Below are positions 32,853-46,021 of a DNA stretch of 64,000 nucleotides, in pieces. Source of the stretch: Blepharisma stoltei ATCC 30299 (Eukaryota > Protista > Ciliophora); assembly GCA_965603825.1 (NCBI GenBank), contig CBFDEM010000039.1, forward strand, positions 372,001-436,000. Direction: 5' to 3'. A model generated the notes under the pieces. It had not been told where the DNA came from. It ran no database searches and was given only the letters and a program-made list of their open reading frames with translations. The position numbers and the translations under genes are program-made. How positions within the stretch are numbered: position 1 is the first letter of the stretch; each line of letters starts with the position of its first letter.

Positions 32853-35150
32853 ATGGGTAAGAAAAAGAACTTAATAATCCCAGAAATCACGATATCGACA
32901 GCTACAGAGCTTGTGCCATTCATTACACACGAAACAAGCTTAAAATCAAACCAGGACCCCACTTTTAACTCTTTTTCATTTGATGACCTAGCTGACAGCA
33001 CTCTTACAGAAAGATGAAGAAACCATATTCTGTCCAGGCCAGTTATGAAAATCGATTTAGCTAAAAAATTACAAAGGGCTGTTATTAGGGTAAGAGGAGT
33101 CTTATTGTGACTGAAAATGATTGAAGATATAAAAACTTATGGGACTAGTGCATGTCTTTTTGGAGTGGAAGGGACTTATAAAAAGAATATATCAAATATT
33201 GTGGAAAATAATCAAGTTAAGGTTAATACTCAGCATGAAGTTGCAGTAACTAAAGCAAAAATCATATACCCTAATTCGAAATTTAAAAAATTCTGGAATC
33301 CGATTGTGCTAATTGGGCTGCTTTATACGTTTACTTTGATGCCTTATTCGATGGCTTTTGAAAATGATCAAGCTATTAATGTATGGACATGGCTTGACTA
33401 TTCGATAAATGCAATTTTTATTGCTGATATTATTGTAATTTTGAATACTGCTTATTATGATAAAGATGGGGTCTTAGTGACTTCAAGAAAAGCTATTTTT
33501 TATAACTACGCCAAATCAATGCTAATAATTGATATTATTTCAGTCATACCATTTTCTGAATTAGCTGGAAATAAATCAAATGTTTTTGTAAGATTTTTAA
33601 GACTGAGTAGGATTACTAAAATTGTGAGAGCAAGGACTTTAGCCTCTACAGTTAAATTTATTACTCAATCTGAAACATTAGAAAATCTTTTGAAGACTCA
33701 TCATGGGATATCAAGGCTTGTTAGTGGACTAATTATTATTGGGATTATAGCGCATTTTATAGCCTGTATATGAATATACTCAGCAAAGCTTGATGATTTT
33801 GGTCCTGATACTTGGATAGTGAGGTATGATTTGCATAATTCAGGAAGAGGAAGAGTGTATTTGACTGCTCTTTATTGAGCTATAACCGTTCTAACTACAG
33901 TCGGGTTCGGGGATATTCATGCTTTAACTGAAACAGAAATGTTGATTTGTATCATTTGGATGCTTTTTGGGGTAGGATTTTATTCATTTATTGTTGGTAC
34001 AATTACATCTGTGATGACTTCTTTAGACGAGAAAGCAGCCAAAATAAATGGCAAGCTATTAAAGGTCGACCTATTTGCTAAAGATACAATGATTCCTAAA
34101 GAGCTTGCAGATAAAATCAAGAAAACAATGAAGGACGTTGCTGACTTGTCAGCTCTGGATGAGTCTGAAAAAACGAATATTATTTTGCATTTACCGAAAA
34201 AACTTCGATATGGCATGGCAATTGCGATGTACGACAACGCAATCAAAACAATTGATTTTTTTCGAAACAAAGATGAGTCTTTTATAGCAGATATTGCATT
34301 GTGGCTCAAATTTTTAGAATTAAATGAGCATGATTATTTATATAAGTACAAAGACTATGCAGATGAAGTATATTTTCTTATAGAAGGAAGAATCGGCTAC
34401 GTCTATGGCACTAACAATTTTGTGTTCAAAAATATGATAAAAGGGTCATATTTCGGTGAAATCGAAATAATTGACAAAATCCCTAGAAAATTCACAGTTA
34501 TGGCTACTGAAAAATGTTCATTATTTGTCATGAAAAAACAAATTTTTGATACTATGATGATGGAATATCCAAGTGTAGCCTCATCAGTTAAAAGTGTGGC
34601 AGAAGAAAGGAAAAGGAGAAACACAAAAGCGATGAACGAAATAATTGACTTGATGGAAATTGTCGAGCTTAAGAAAGAGTTTACTTTTGATAAGATTGCA
34701 GGCATGAAAAAAAGTGAAAAAGCGCATAAAAGATCGAGAAGCTGTACACAAAGCTCAGCAGCCACTTCGAATGCTATGGATATGAGCTTGAGAAGGTCTT
34801 ATTCTCCTTCTGCACTAAAAAAACAGATTCAGAGCAAAAGTTTGGCATTGAAGGCACAGACTTTGGTAAGGGTTACGTAGGCATTGAGGGAAAAAGCAAT
34901 GATTGTGGATGAAAAAATAGAGAGATTGATAAAAGCGCTGGAAAATGAAAACAGGCCTATATCTATTATGAGAAAAAACAGTAAAAGCCCAACATCACAA
35001 AGACCAAAAGCTAGAAATTCACCTTCAGCAAGTAATATTGCAAGTATAGATAATAATAACAATTATAGCAACGAGGAATCAAAAAGAAGCAGACTACCCC
35101 CTATACATAAAAAACGAAATTCTATAAAAAAGCTTATATCTACCGAATAA
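32853..35150 (+). CDS. EAG/CNG-type K+ channel with cyclic-nucleotide-binding domain, ~760 aa; intron 34866-34880; 4 TGA=Trp
   Basis: S4 VRFLRLSRITK, pore LY(W=TGA 33876)AITVLTTVGFGD, CNBD EVYFLIEG...YFGEIE...PR. Confidence 0.92.
34866..34880 (+). other. 15-nt spliceosomal intron
   Basis: GTAAGGGTTACGTAG, phase 0; removal joins the two track ORFs. Confidence 0.8.
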
Positions 35151-35346
35151 CTTGATATATGGAGTGCTAAAGATAAAAATATTTGCAGATTACTTTTTAC
35201 TTCAATTTAGTAAATCATATAATAATGAACAATAATAAAATTCGCAAAATTTTAAAAAAATTAATTTTATTCAATAAAATATTTAATAGAAAAAAATTAA
35301 TTTTTTTAAAATTATTAGCCAACATTCATAATGCAATAAATTAGGC

Positions 35347-36087
35347 TTATATAACCATAGATAGGCAAATTGGGCAATAACTATTGGATCTTAATCACTC
35401 ATCTATGCATTGAGGGTGGAATTTATGTTCGCATTGCTCAAGGATTTTTGCATCATGGTTTGCCTTTATTCTATCTATGCATATCGAACATAGATGATCT
35501 GAGTCTATTCGGACAACCGGAATATTCTATATAAAAAATACTGCAATTTCTTCTTCTGGAAGCCCTATATGAGCTAAATGCTCATGCCCTGGGAAGTGGC
35601 CTTGATTATAATCTTCTGGAGCAGCATTTGACTCATTTATCATCATTTCAAGCTGCATTTGCTCAAATGCTTCTTCTCTGTATTGCTCTTGCATCAAATT
35701 TGTTTGCAGTATAATTAAAAGCTGCCTAGGGTCAATTCGTCTTCGTTCAGGTCTCTGCTTCATCTCCTCATTTTCGCTTTTAAGCTTCTTAATGATGGCT
35801 TTTTGTTTTCCTATTTGCACCCTGGCCTGGGCTATTTGCTAAATTTTTTTTACGTCTCTTTGTTTTCTATCTATTTCCCTTATTTTTTCCAACTCAGTCT
35901 TCATTTCTATGAACTCTTGGGATTCCATTACTGATTCATGCTGGTTTTCTATTTCTTTCGGTGAGTTCATTCGGGACTGCCACATCGCAACAATTTGTTG
36001 AGGCTTCTGGTTGTTTTTGAACAACTGCGACGCGTACCTCGGGTTCGTTGATTTATTTCGGATTCGGAAATCAGGAGATTTCTCCAT
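35347..36087 (-). CDS. RING-H2 E3 ubiquitin ligase with coiled coil, ~236 aa; introns 35839-35853 and 35527-35541; 1 TGA=Trp
   Basis: Last exon CSIC...CEHKFHPQCIDE(W=TGA 35395-35397)LRSNSYCPIC. Introns GTAAAAAAAATTTAG and GTATTTTTTATATAG. Confidence 0.9.
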
Positions 36088-36210
36088 GTTTTAAAGCTGA
36101 GTTTTTATAAAAAATCCATCAAAAATTTCTCGATCATTGAAATAAATATTCTATAATCTTGTAACAAAATTGCTTTAAAGTTATTAAATTCGAACAAATA
36201 TAACATAAAT

Positions 36211-36972
36211 ATGCTAAAGGTTCTTGTGGGTGCAAAAAGAGTCATTGATGCATATGCCAAGGTACGCTTACTTCCTGACAACTCAGGTGTAGATCTCAGC
36301 ACAGTGAAGATGGCTATGAATCCTTTTTGTGAAATTGCTGTTGAAGAAGCAGTCAGGCTAAAAGAAGCTGGAAAAGCGTCAGAAGTCACAGTTTTAACTA
36401 TTGGCCCTAAGCAAGCATCTGATGTGCTGAGAGCTGCTCTTGCGATGGGAGCAGACAAAGCAATTCATGTCCATGTGGAAGAAAGAATTGATAGAGATAT
36501 TCTCCCATTAAGCATTGCTCAGCTTTTCAGAGCACTTATTACTAGAGATAACTACAATTTGGTGCTGCTTGGAAAACAGTCAATTGACTCTGATAGCAAC
36601 CAGGTCGGGCAGCTGTTAGCAGGGCTTCTTAATTGGCCACAGGCAACTTTTCTAAATAAACTCGAAATTGGGCAAATAATTAGAGCAACACGTGAAATCG
36701 ATGGTGGCTTGCAAACAATTGAGTTTCCTCCTCCAGCTGTTTTGACATGCGACTTAAGGCTGAATACTCCAAGATTTACAGCTATCCCTGCTATTATGAA
36801 AGCCAAGAAAAAGCCATTAGAAACTTTAACCCCCGACAAGCTCGGAGTCGATCTAACCCCTGGCTACCAAACTTTATCAGTCGAGCCTCCAGACAAACGA
36901 AAAGCAGGTATCAAGGTTGAATCTGTCGACCAGCTTCTTGATAAACTCCGCAACGAAGCCAAAGTAATCTAA
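36211..36972 (+). CDS. ETFB: Electron transfer flavoprotein beta subunit
   Basis: KRVID, MNPFCEIAVEEAVRLKE, ALAMGAD, GKQSIDSD, REIDGG, DLRLNTPR, IMKAKKKP. Confidence 0.96.
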   Translation: MLKVLVGAKRVIDAYAKVRLLPDNSGVDLSTVKMAMNPFCEIAVEEAVRLKEAGKASEVTVLTIGPKQASDVLRAALAMGADKAIHVHVEERIDRDILPLSIAQLFRALITRDNYNLVLLGKQSIDSDSNQVGQLLAGLLNWPQATFLNKLEIGQIIRATREIDGGLQTIEFPPPAVLTCDLRLNTPRFTAIPAIMKAKKKPLETLTPDKLGVDLTPGYQTLSVEPPDKRKAGIKVESVDQLLDKLRNEAKVI

Positions 36973-37001
36973 AAGCTAACTAGAAGTTTACAAATAATAA
37001 A

Positions 37002-37622
37002 ATGGTAGGCCTTTTCTATATCTTCCTACTCAGTAGTGTTTCTGCTTTGCACTTTTATCTTACAGAAGGGTACGAGAAATGCTTTATTTTGGACGTCCCT
37101 GACCAAACTGTTGTGCTAGGAGAGTATAACCTGCTAGACCCACCTCCAGAAGACGCCCCAGATCAAGGAGTGAACTTAAAAATCACTGACCCTAATGGAG
37201 TCATAATCCATCAAAGATTAGTCAGGTCAGCTGGGAAATTCTCATTTACATCTCAGACCAGCGGACAAAATCGCATTTGCTTGTTGCCGACGTCAAGTTC
37301 TTGGTTCGGGACTAGCAAAAAGATAAGATTTGACCTTGGGATGGACAACACAAGGGAAAAAATCCACCATGAGCACTTGGCAAGCAAAGAACAAGTCACA
37401 CATTTAGGCGAAATTGTGACTGCAGTTAATGAAAGACTGTCAGAAATTGTGAAAGGCCAAAACTATGCCAGAGAAAAAGAAGCACTTTTTAAGGATGAAA
37501 GTGAGCAGGTGAATTCTAGAATTCTGTGGTTCACTATATTCCAAACTGTGGTCATTTTGGTCTCTGGAGTCTGGCAAATTTGGAGCTTGAGAAGGTTCTT
37601 TATTAGTAGAAAATTAGTTTAA
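37002..37622 (+). CDS. p24/TMED (gp25L/emp24) GOLD-domain cargo receptor
   Basis: Signal peptide, LHFYL...KCF, coiled coil, C-terminal TM, LRRFFISRKLV. Confidence 0.92.
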   Translation: MVGLFYIFLLSSVSALHFYLTEGYEKCFILDVPDQTVVLGEYNLLDPPPEDAPDQGVNLKITDPNGVIIHQRLVRSAGKFSFTSQTSGQNRICLLPTSSSWFGTSKKIRFDLGMDNTREKIHHEHLASKEQVTHLGEIVTAVNERLSEIVKGQNYAREKEALFKDESEQVNSRILWFTIFQTVVILVSGVWQIWSLRRFFISRKLV

Positions 37623-37631
37623 CTTTTATAA

Positions 37632-38780
37632 ATGAAACCTCAAGGATCTAGATTAAATATTTCCAATTCCAGTTCTTCTAACTATGGGAATCGTCAAGCA
37701 ATGCTATACTCTTCAGGCACTTATGAGTCTCTTGGCTCTCTAAATGGATTTGACTCACAAAAGAAAGCTTGTCCTGGAGATTTTTGCAATTATATAGTGA
37801 TAAATAAAGATATCAATTACAAAGAAGAAATAGACTATGATGAACTGCTACGAAAAGTTAAAAAAGCTTATAGCAGCGAAGGAGACAAAGAAACAACAAG
37901 CATCAAACTTGGAATAGCAGTTGATTATATGATAAAAGAAATGGACAAAATGAGATGCAAAACAGAAAAGCGAGTAGTTCCTTATAAATATTTGATCTTA
38001 GGCAGGCAATTATTGCAGCGGTCTAATATTTCTCTGAACCCTAAAGGTTTAAAAGGAATTGATTTTTCTGAGCTTTTCCATCCTTTATCAAACCGAGGCC
38101 CAGATGTTGAGAAATTGCAACTAAGAAATTTTGCTATGAAGTTCCCATTTAAATACTATCAATCAGTAAAAGTCTGTGAAAGGTGCTACCAAGTCTACTG
38201 CCTTCTCATTTTGTCTCAGAAAATCCAACTAAAAAATGATATTATGAAATCACAAAAATCATTTGAAAGGTCAATACACTCCTTTCCGACTGATTACTCA
38301 CAAAAAGACTTATCAAGGTCTACTATAAAATCTTTTCGTACCCCAAATCCCAAACTTGAGCTTAAAGAAATTGTTGAAAGTCCTATCGGTCCAATCAACG
38401 CAAATAATATTGATGACCTTCTAGCTGATATGAACCACGCACTTGTAGATATGGAAGTTAAAAGTTTTGACTATAAAAAAGAAGCCAAAGAAATTTTTGG
38501 ATCTATGACTGAGAGCCGTAAGAAACTAATACAAATCAAAGTAGCTGAAGAAAAGAAAAAACAAAAACCGTTGATCCATCCACAAGCTATTGAAGATATA
38601 AAAATTCAAGACGATTTAACCCTAAACTTTATTCCTGCAGCCAACATGCAGAGAATGACAATGAAGACAAAAGAAGAAAAAGCTGACATCGCTTGAGCTA
38701 GATACAACGCTATGATAGAAATGGAAAGAATCAAGAAGAAAAAGCGAGCAAAATCACACCGAATCCGAATTAGGTGTTAA
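37632..38780 (+). CDS. Hypothetical protein, ~382 aa; 1 TGA=Trp
   Basis: Track ORF extends through TGA 38694 to TAA 38778-38780; has CPGDFC and CERC cysteine pairs. Confidence 0.7.
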
Positions 38781-38807
38781 TTAATGTAATATTTTCATAA
38801 AGGCGGT

Positions 38808-40644
38808 TTAATTATTAAGACTTGGTTTGAGATTATGGTATTTTTTGGAAATAAATTCCACGCAACTTTGCATTTGAGACTTCGAGGTCATCAATAATGA
38901 GAGAGGCTTATCTAAATTACTGAAATGAAGAGTGATATTATTTTCTATATTTCTTGGAGAGCTCATCTTCAGTAAATTCTCAATCTTGAAGCAGCCAATC
39001 AGTTCCACTATTTTTTTGGGATCTGAGCTTGGAGCGAGGCCTAGGTAGATATCTGAATCTGAAACCACCAGTGAAAAATTATCTTGGGACTTTTCTCCTG
39101 TTGACTTGTCATATTGTTTACATAAAAAATATTTTGTATTTGCACTTACCACTAGTGGAATATTTTCTCTTTCTGTCTTTTTTGATGGCTCAAGGAGAGA
39201 AATTGATTTTCCAATCCCTTTTAAGTTCAAAGAAAGCGCTCGAACTCTTCCAACCATTGACCTTTTCAGGTTTGACAACTTATTTTTAACTATTGAAGTA
39301 TATTTAGGCCCATTTGGAGAACAGACCAAGCAATAATCATGAGAATGATTGGTAATCAGCAAGTCATTATATAACGCGATCTCATGACATCGCTCAAAAC
39401 CTCCTTCTACAACGCTTACATAAGGAAAATCTTTTGCAAAAAGGATTTGCAATAAATTTTCTAACATATTTTGGACCGCATCTTGGTTATTGGTGTCATA
39501 GCTTCCAGACAAATCAAAATTGGAAGTTCTGAAACACTTGCTTCCTAGCAGACAGATATGATAAACCCCTTTGATTCCTTCCAGCATATCTGGAATTTGC
39601 ATGAGTATATTGTGGTCTTTATATGCATTTGGGTCTAAAAGTGCTGTATTTGGATAAACCCCTGCTTTCTGCTCATACTCAGTTCTGCAGTCTAAAATCA
39701 TTACAAGTACATCATTTTCACTTGCAGTGCACCACGAGCACGCCCTGTGTGTGCATCCACAAAAATTGACATCAGGATAACACCTCTGCATTGCTTCTCG
39801 TGAAAGAATTGACAGCGTGCACTCTTTTTTAAGATTTTGTATTGTTGAGTTGATTGTTTCTAAGTCATATAGCTCATAGCTTGCCAATTTGCTGTGCATA
39901 GAATTCGGCATATTTTTCTTCATTTTCCTTGCGGAGTCAATTATTTCGCCAGGGTCAATTATTTCTGAGTCAAACATTCTGGAAATTGATGAGGCAAGCC
40001 TCTCGTCCTCAGCACTCATTATAAAATTCTTGAATTTTTTTAGAAATGCAATCCCAATGAAACAGAAAAATAAAGGATCAGCTTCAATGATGCTTTCTTC
40101 CCAAATCTTATATAAAACTTCCAAATTTTTTATTTTGCCAGCAAAGCCTGTGAGGAATCAAGAAGTCGCAAAAAGTTCTGGGGTTATGCACTTTGACTGC
40201 AAAAAATTGCAAATTACAGGCTCATGGTATCTTAGGAGCAGTTTGAAAATTAAAAATAATCCTTGAACAGGTCTCAAGCTTTTATCAATAAATAGATAAG
40301 GCAAGCATACACCAACGAAATTCTCGAAGCAGCTATACACTTTGTGAATTGGGATACCGTCTCTCATCATATATACAAATGGACCAATAACTTCATTCAT
40401 GCCTTGTATGTATCCAAGTTCATGCTCTTTACAATATCGTGTAAGGAGACGCTCAATGAATTTGCGTTCTTCAGCCGTTAATTGGTCCGCACGGGTCCTT
40501 TCAGAATCAGATTTAATAATCGCCTGACTGAAGTGGTCAAGCTTTGTTTCAACATTATAAGGTAAAATTTCGTCTGGTATCAGCAATTGCTATATAAGGC
40601 TTTACGTTGATTCTTAAAATACATGATTGAATTGCAGGTTCCAT
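38808..40644 (-). CDS. TBC-domain plus rhodanese-like protein (TBC1D23-like), ~606 aa; 16-nt intron 40590-40605; 1 TGA=Trp
   Basis: IKSDSERT, YIQGMNEV, LLLRYHEP, FATS(W)F, ILDCR, HICLLG, FPYVSVVEGGF. Intron GTAAAGCCTTATATAG links ATG 40644 to the main frame. Confidence 0.85.
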
Positions 40645-40719
40645 TGTCTAAATTAGATAATTAGCATAACCATTTTGCTTGATGAAATTGCAAGTTTTAA
40701 TTTAGTGACTCAAAATTTT

Positions 40720-43218
40720 ATGTTAGAGAAAAATATTGAAGACCAAAGCTGTGAAGGAATTCCTGAAGCAAACCCTTTGGTGCCTAAAGGATACTCGTTA
40801 GAAGCTGATATGCTACTTGGATGAAGGCCGAAAAATATCAGGCAGCCAATCGAAATCAATTTTCCATTAAACTTTCCTACTTGGAAGAAAGCTGAAAAAG
40901 GGTACAAAAAGGTATATAGTGGATACCGGCCAAGCGATTCTTATTCATTTCATCGTGAACTTTCTGATGGTTCTGATGATACTTATAAGTTTGATTTTTC
41001 AGACCCTCATATCAATACATACATGCTGACGAAACAAAAATCATCAGCTGAAAGAATAAAAAATGAGGATCCAACAGGGTTGATTTTTGACTCATTTTTT
41101 GAAAGTGGGAACCTGGATAGAGCAATTATGATTGCTGAAGATGAATATGATTTATATATGAGATGCGATACCAATACTAATGGTCACCTTCATTGATTTT
41201 ATTTTTCTGTGTCAGGAATAAAAAGTCCTAGGACAATTAGATTTAATATTGTAAATTTTTCGAGGTCAAGTGTCCTGTACCAATCAAATATGAGACCTGT
41301 TGGGTTCAGCACAGAAAAAGTTAGATTAGGACTGAGCAAAAACTGAGATTATGTTGGAGATGACGTGAAATTTAAACTGAGCAAAATTAATGATATTATC
41401 TTATCAAAAAGACCTTATTATATCCTAACATTTTCTTATCATTTTGAGTACCCTAATGATAAAGTTTGGTTTGCAACTGCAATTCCATATACCCTATGTA
41501 GATTAGACAAAATACTTAATTCTATTGTATCAGACGAAAAAGCGTACCAAATTCAGCATGTTTCAGTGCAAACACTTTGCAAAACACTATGTAGGATCGA
41601 TGTCCCAATAATTACGATTACTGATCCTTCAGTTCCTGAAGCTGAAAAACAATATATTATTGCGACTGCAAGAGTTCACCCTGCAGAAACTGTAGGCTCA
41701 TGGGTAATGGAAGGATTCATTCGCTTTATTTCGAGCAAACATCCAGAAGCAAAGCAACTTCGAAAAAAATTTGTTTTTAAAATAATTCCTATGTGCAATC
41801 CTGACGGCGTTGTAATTGGCAATTCAAGAACTTCTATAGATGGAAAAGATTTGAATCGGCTATATATAAACCCTGACGAGAATATGAATCCTACAGGATT
41901 TCATATTAAATCACTAGTAAGAAATTTGATTTCAGAAAATAAGGCAATATTTATGTTTATCGATATGCATGGACATTTCAGTAAAAAAGGTTCTTTTATA
42001 TATGGTCCTTACTATCCTATTCATCATTCTAATTATTTTAAGACTAGAATAATCCCAAAGTTATTGAGCGAGAGGACACCAATTTTTCGATATTATTCTT
42101 CCAGATTTAAAATAGAAAAATCAAAGAAAAAAGCTGCAAGAGGAGTCATGTGGAAAGAGTTTGGGATAGCAAATTCATATACATTGGAAACTTCTTACTA
42201 TGGCTTTATCAATGATAATAGAGAAGTTCAGAGTTTTACTACAACAGACCTACTTACATTGGGAGAAAAAGTGGCTAGAAGTATATTAGAATATCAGCTT
42301 ATGCTAGAAAGCAAGAAAAACAAGAAAAATATAAATCAATTCTTGAAAAAATCTTTTGCAGCTTTTAAAGAGTCAAATAAGCAAAAACCCAATAAAGAAA
42401 GCACAAATACACCAGTTTTAAGCGACAAATCTCCAACAAATTCTATTTTTTCATTAAAATTCGAGCCAGAATTTCACGAAAAAAAAGAATTAGAGGAATG
42501 GATAAACGTAAACTTTATTTAGATCATAAAAGAAGAAGAGCCTCAACAAGATAGTTCTTCAAGCGAATCTGATGACGAAATCAGCGAAGAAGAAATTATT
42601 ATAAAGCAAGAAATTGAAGAAGAAATCAAAAGCAACGCCCCTACTGAATTAAAATCAAATACTTATCAGCTTCAAGAACAGCTCAGCTATGAGCTTCCAC
42701 CTCTAGAGCCTAAAAGTATAAAATCTGCTTCTCGCAATCTCTCGAGAAATTCCCAAAACAATTTTGGGAAGGACTCTTTTGAAGAAAATCCTATAAAACT
42801 AAAACGACAAAGATTTCTCAGTAATCAATCTTCAATAAAAAGACAGCAGCCTATATCTCTTGCACCGAAATTCAAATTTAACCTTTCAAGCTTTTTGATG
42901 ATCGAGAAAAGACAGAAAGAAATTTATAAAGAGACACCAAAAATGATTAAAGCTTTTATCACACCAAAAAAGTTAATTGAAACTGTCAAAAAAGAAATTG
43001 ATTTGCAGAGCTCAATCATGAGCAGCCCACGGACTATGAAGGAAGATATTTTAGAGCTGGCTTTGAATAAAAAAGGCCTTTCGCTATATCATAAAGGAAC
43101 TCATAGAAAAGGTAATTCTTTGGATTCACAGAATACACACATGAAAGATAATCCTAAACAAGTAAAAATTCAAATAGAAGCTTTAGATACCATTTTCCAC
43201 AACTTAGCTTATATATAA
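40720..43218 (+). CDS. Cytosolic carboxypeptidase (AGBL/CCP, M14D tubulin deglutamylase), ~827 aa; intron 42508-42522; 3 TGA=Trp
   Basis: FDSFFESGNL, H(W=TGA 41194)FYF, PYT, ARVHPAE, PMCNPDGV, DLNR, IDMHGH, SYTLE. Intron GTAAACTTTATTTAG. Confidence 0.92.
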
Positions 43219-43438
43219 TTTGTAAATTTTGTTCGAATGCTTTTGTATGTAATTTATTTAACCGTTAAATGAAGAGAGTGTATAGTTCTTTGAATAAAAA
43301 TATATATTGAAATCAAAATCATAGCAGAATAAAAGATCAGTCGTTTTTCATCACTAATTATCAGTCGGCAAAAGTATAGTTGTAATGCCATGACGAAAAG
43401 TATAAGAATTAGAAACAGACAAATAATAAAAAATTAAT

Positions 43439-43699
43439 ATGATTGATTATGACGAGACTCCTAAGTCAGAATTATCAGATGGTATTGCAACCTTTGGGTC
43501 TTTTTCCAGAAAAGTTCAAAGAAAAAGAACAATAGGAAGACGATCAATGGAGCATGGTTCTAGTATAAATGAAGAAGCGTACGATGAAGATTGTTTTGAA
43601 GACATCTATTATCATAGCGTATTACATAATTCAAGGATTTCGAAAAATAGCTCGACGAATCTTCCCGTTTGTAGTCCCTGCAGCTGTGCGCTTTTTTAA
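43439..43699 (+). CDS. Small protein with C-terminal CaaX-like motif
   Basis: 86-aa ORF, GC-richer than its flanks, ending VCSPCSCALF-stop. Confidence 0.6.
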   Translation: MIDYDETPKSELSDGIATFGSFSRKVQRKRTIGRRSMEHGSSINEEAYDEDCFEDIYYHSVLHNSRISKNSSTNLPVCSPCSCALF

Positions 43700-44256
43700 C
43701 ATATACAATTTAAATTGGGCATGTACTTAAACTATCTAAAGAATTTTTTAATTTGTTACCATTTATAAATAGCTGCTCTCATAAGTTATAAAAAGAGAAA
43801 ACGAAATTCAAAATAATTCAAAAGTTATTAACGAATAACAATTTACGGTTGATCCCTTCATTTTATCTTTTTATCTTGATTTTTTTTTCAATAGATATGG
43901 AAATAATTTCTTTTAATCAGCTAATTCTGTTTGCAATTAAATGATTTTATAGCTCACTTATCTTTTATGAATATATCTAAACAATATATTAAATAAGATT
44001 ATTTTCATTGTTTTGGCTAAAAGCCTCATCTATAATAGTTGCTTTCCAAAAATTTTAAAAAATAGCAGAATTTATATACACTATTATTACGTTACGTTTC
44101 ATAAAATCTAAATTAAATAAAAATCAAAAAAAATTATAATTACTTAGCCTCCAAATATATCTATCACACAAACAGTAAGCTAATTTATAGTAGCACTTCC
44201 TTAGAATAGGCTGTCTATAAATTTAATTCAAGTATCTTAATAAAGTTGAAATAAAT

Positions 44257-44871
44257 ATGGGAAACAAAGCACCTACTCCTGAAGAGCAGATGAGAGAGTC
44301 CAAGAGACTTATAAATCGTGCAATTCGTGAACTGGACCGCGAAAGAGTCCACCTTCAAAACGAAGAGAAGAAAATTCAAATGGAAATAAAAACCCTAGCT
44401 CGCAATGGCCAAATCAACGCATGCAAAACCCTCGCAAAAGATTTGGTTCGGTCCCGTCGTTACGTCACTAAGTTTTACGAAATGAGATCCAAACTCCAAG
44501 GGGTCCTCCTGCAGTTGCAGACTGTAAAATCAACTCATAGCATGAGTCAGGCTTTAATGAACGTCACAAAAAGCATGAAAGCCTTCAATAAGTCAATCAA
44601 CAACGAAAAACTGAATAAAATCATGCAAGAATTCATGAGAGAGAACGAAAGAATGGGCATGACTGAAGAAATGATGGGAGAAGCTGTAGACATGGCTTTA
44701 GATGCGGAAGGAGACCTTGAAGCTTCTGATCAAGTTGTGGGACAAGTTTTGTCTGAATTGGGTGTAGAGATCTCAGATCAGCTAGAAGGCGGAGTCCCAG
44801 TAGTAAAAGCAGAACCTCAGAAAGAGAACAATATGTCAGATTTGGAGTCGAGATTTCAAAATCTTAAATAG
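44257..44871 (+). CDS. VPS2: ESCRT-III subunit VPS2/CHMP2A
   Basis: RAIRELDRER, LAKDLVRSR, IMQEF..E.E.M...EEM, C-terminal MIM1 DLESRFQNLK. Confidence 0.94.
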   Translation: MGNKAPTPEEQMRESKRLINRAIRELDRERVHLQNEEKKIQMEIKTLARNGQINACKTLAKDLVRSRRYVTKFYEMRSKLQGVLLQLQTVKSTHSMSQALMNVTKSMKAFNKSINNEKLNKIMQEFMRENERMGMTEEMMGEAVDMALDAEGDLEASDQVVGQVLSELGVEISDQLEGGVPVVKAEPQKENNMSDLESRFQNLK

Positions 44872-44917
44872 AATATTAAGTAAACTTTTATGATTTAATA
44901 TAAATTTAATAAGAAAG

Positions 44918-45682
44918 CTAAGGAATATTATTTGTTTGTGTTTCGCCTGCAGGGGATTCTGGTTTTTGTTCTTTTATATTTTCTTCAGGAACCATTTTCC
45001 AAAAGAGTGTACAGTTTTTAAAAAAGCTTTTATAAAATGGATTTCCTGATGGAAAAACTGTTTTTTTGTGCTCATAAGTTGTCTGATTTGTGAAAATTAA
45101 AAATGTGTGGTATATTAATAATCCCCCTATATGCCAGAGACATAAAACTCCAATAGCAATTAAAACAGATTCAATAATATATAATCCTGTATCAGTTACA
45201 ATCCATGCTATCATATATATAGAATTTCCAATAGTAAATACACACTGGACAACAAGAAAAAATAATAAAAAAATAAACATCCTATGGTTGTTACGCCCAA
45301 TGCAATTTGCAACCCAATGGCAGTGATGGTCTCTACGATCAATACAGACATTACATATCTTACAGTGATGAGCTCTAGGCGGTTTTATAATATTACAAGT
45401 GGAACAAGTTTTCAGTAAAATAGTGTTTCCGAAAACTTCTATAATCCGGACAGGCTCTTCTGGTGGATTTGTCATTTTTATTAGAGTGCCGGGATTTATA
45501 ACAGCGATTCTTATTATCATTAGCATGTTGATAATTGAGAGTGTCAATGTGATAATGATCATAGGCGATTCATATTTATTTGATAATTTGGGAGATAAAC
45601 TAACCATTGTAGAACTGACACCTGCTATTAAGACAAGAACAGATATCACATATCATATTTCTTTGTTGTACTTGATTTCCAT
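44918..45682 (-). CDS. DHHC palmitoyltransferase, ~254 aa; 1 TGA=Trp
   Basis: CSTCNIIKPPRAHHCKICNVCIDRRDHHCHWVANCIGRNNHR, NQTTYE, NPF. Start extended to ATG 45682. Confidence 0.93.
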
Positions 45683-46021
45683 CAATTTAATTTTTTAAAT
45701 AAAAGGAGATAATATTCTGATATGGGAAAAATGGAAATTTTCATTTACTTCTAATAAATTAGTAGTAAGCAGTATGGGAAAATTTTGCAATATACCTCAT
45801 AGATCAGATATTTCATATATATTAGCAAAACATATACATGGCTGATGACTATTTAGGATTTTGTTTTTCGAAATAATTCTTTAATAGCGGTCTTATGCCA
45901 GTTTAAAAATAATTATACATCAAATCGTAGTTGGTTTTATTATTCTCAGTTTTAAATTAAAATTTATAACTTTTAAATTTAAATATGAAAAAATCCTTCT
46001 AATAAATATTAATTACATTAA

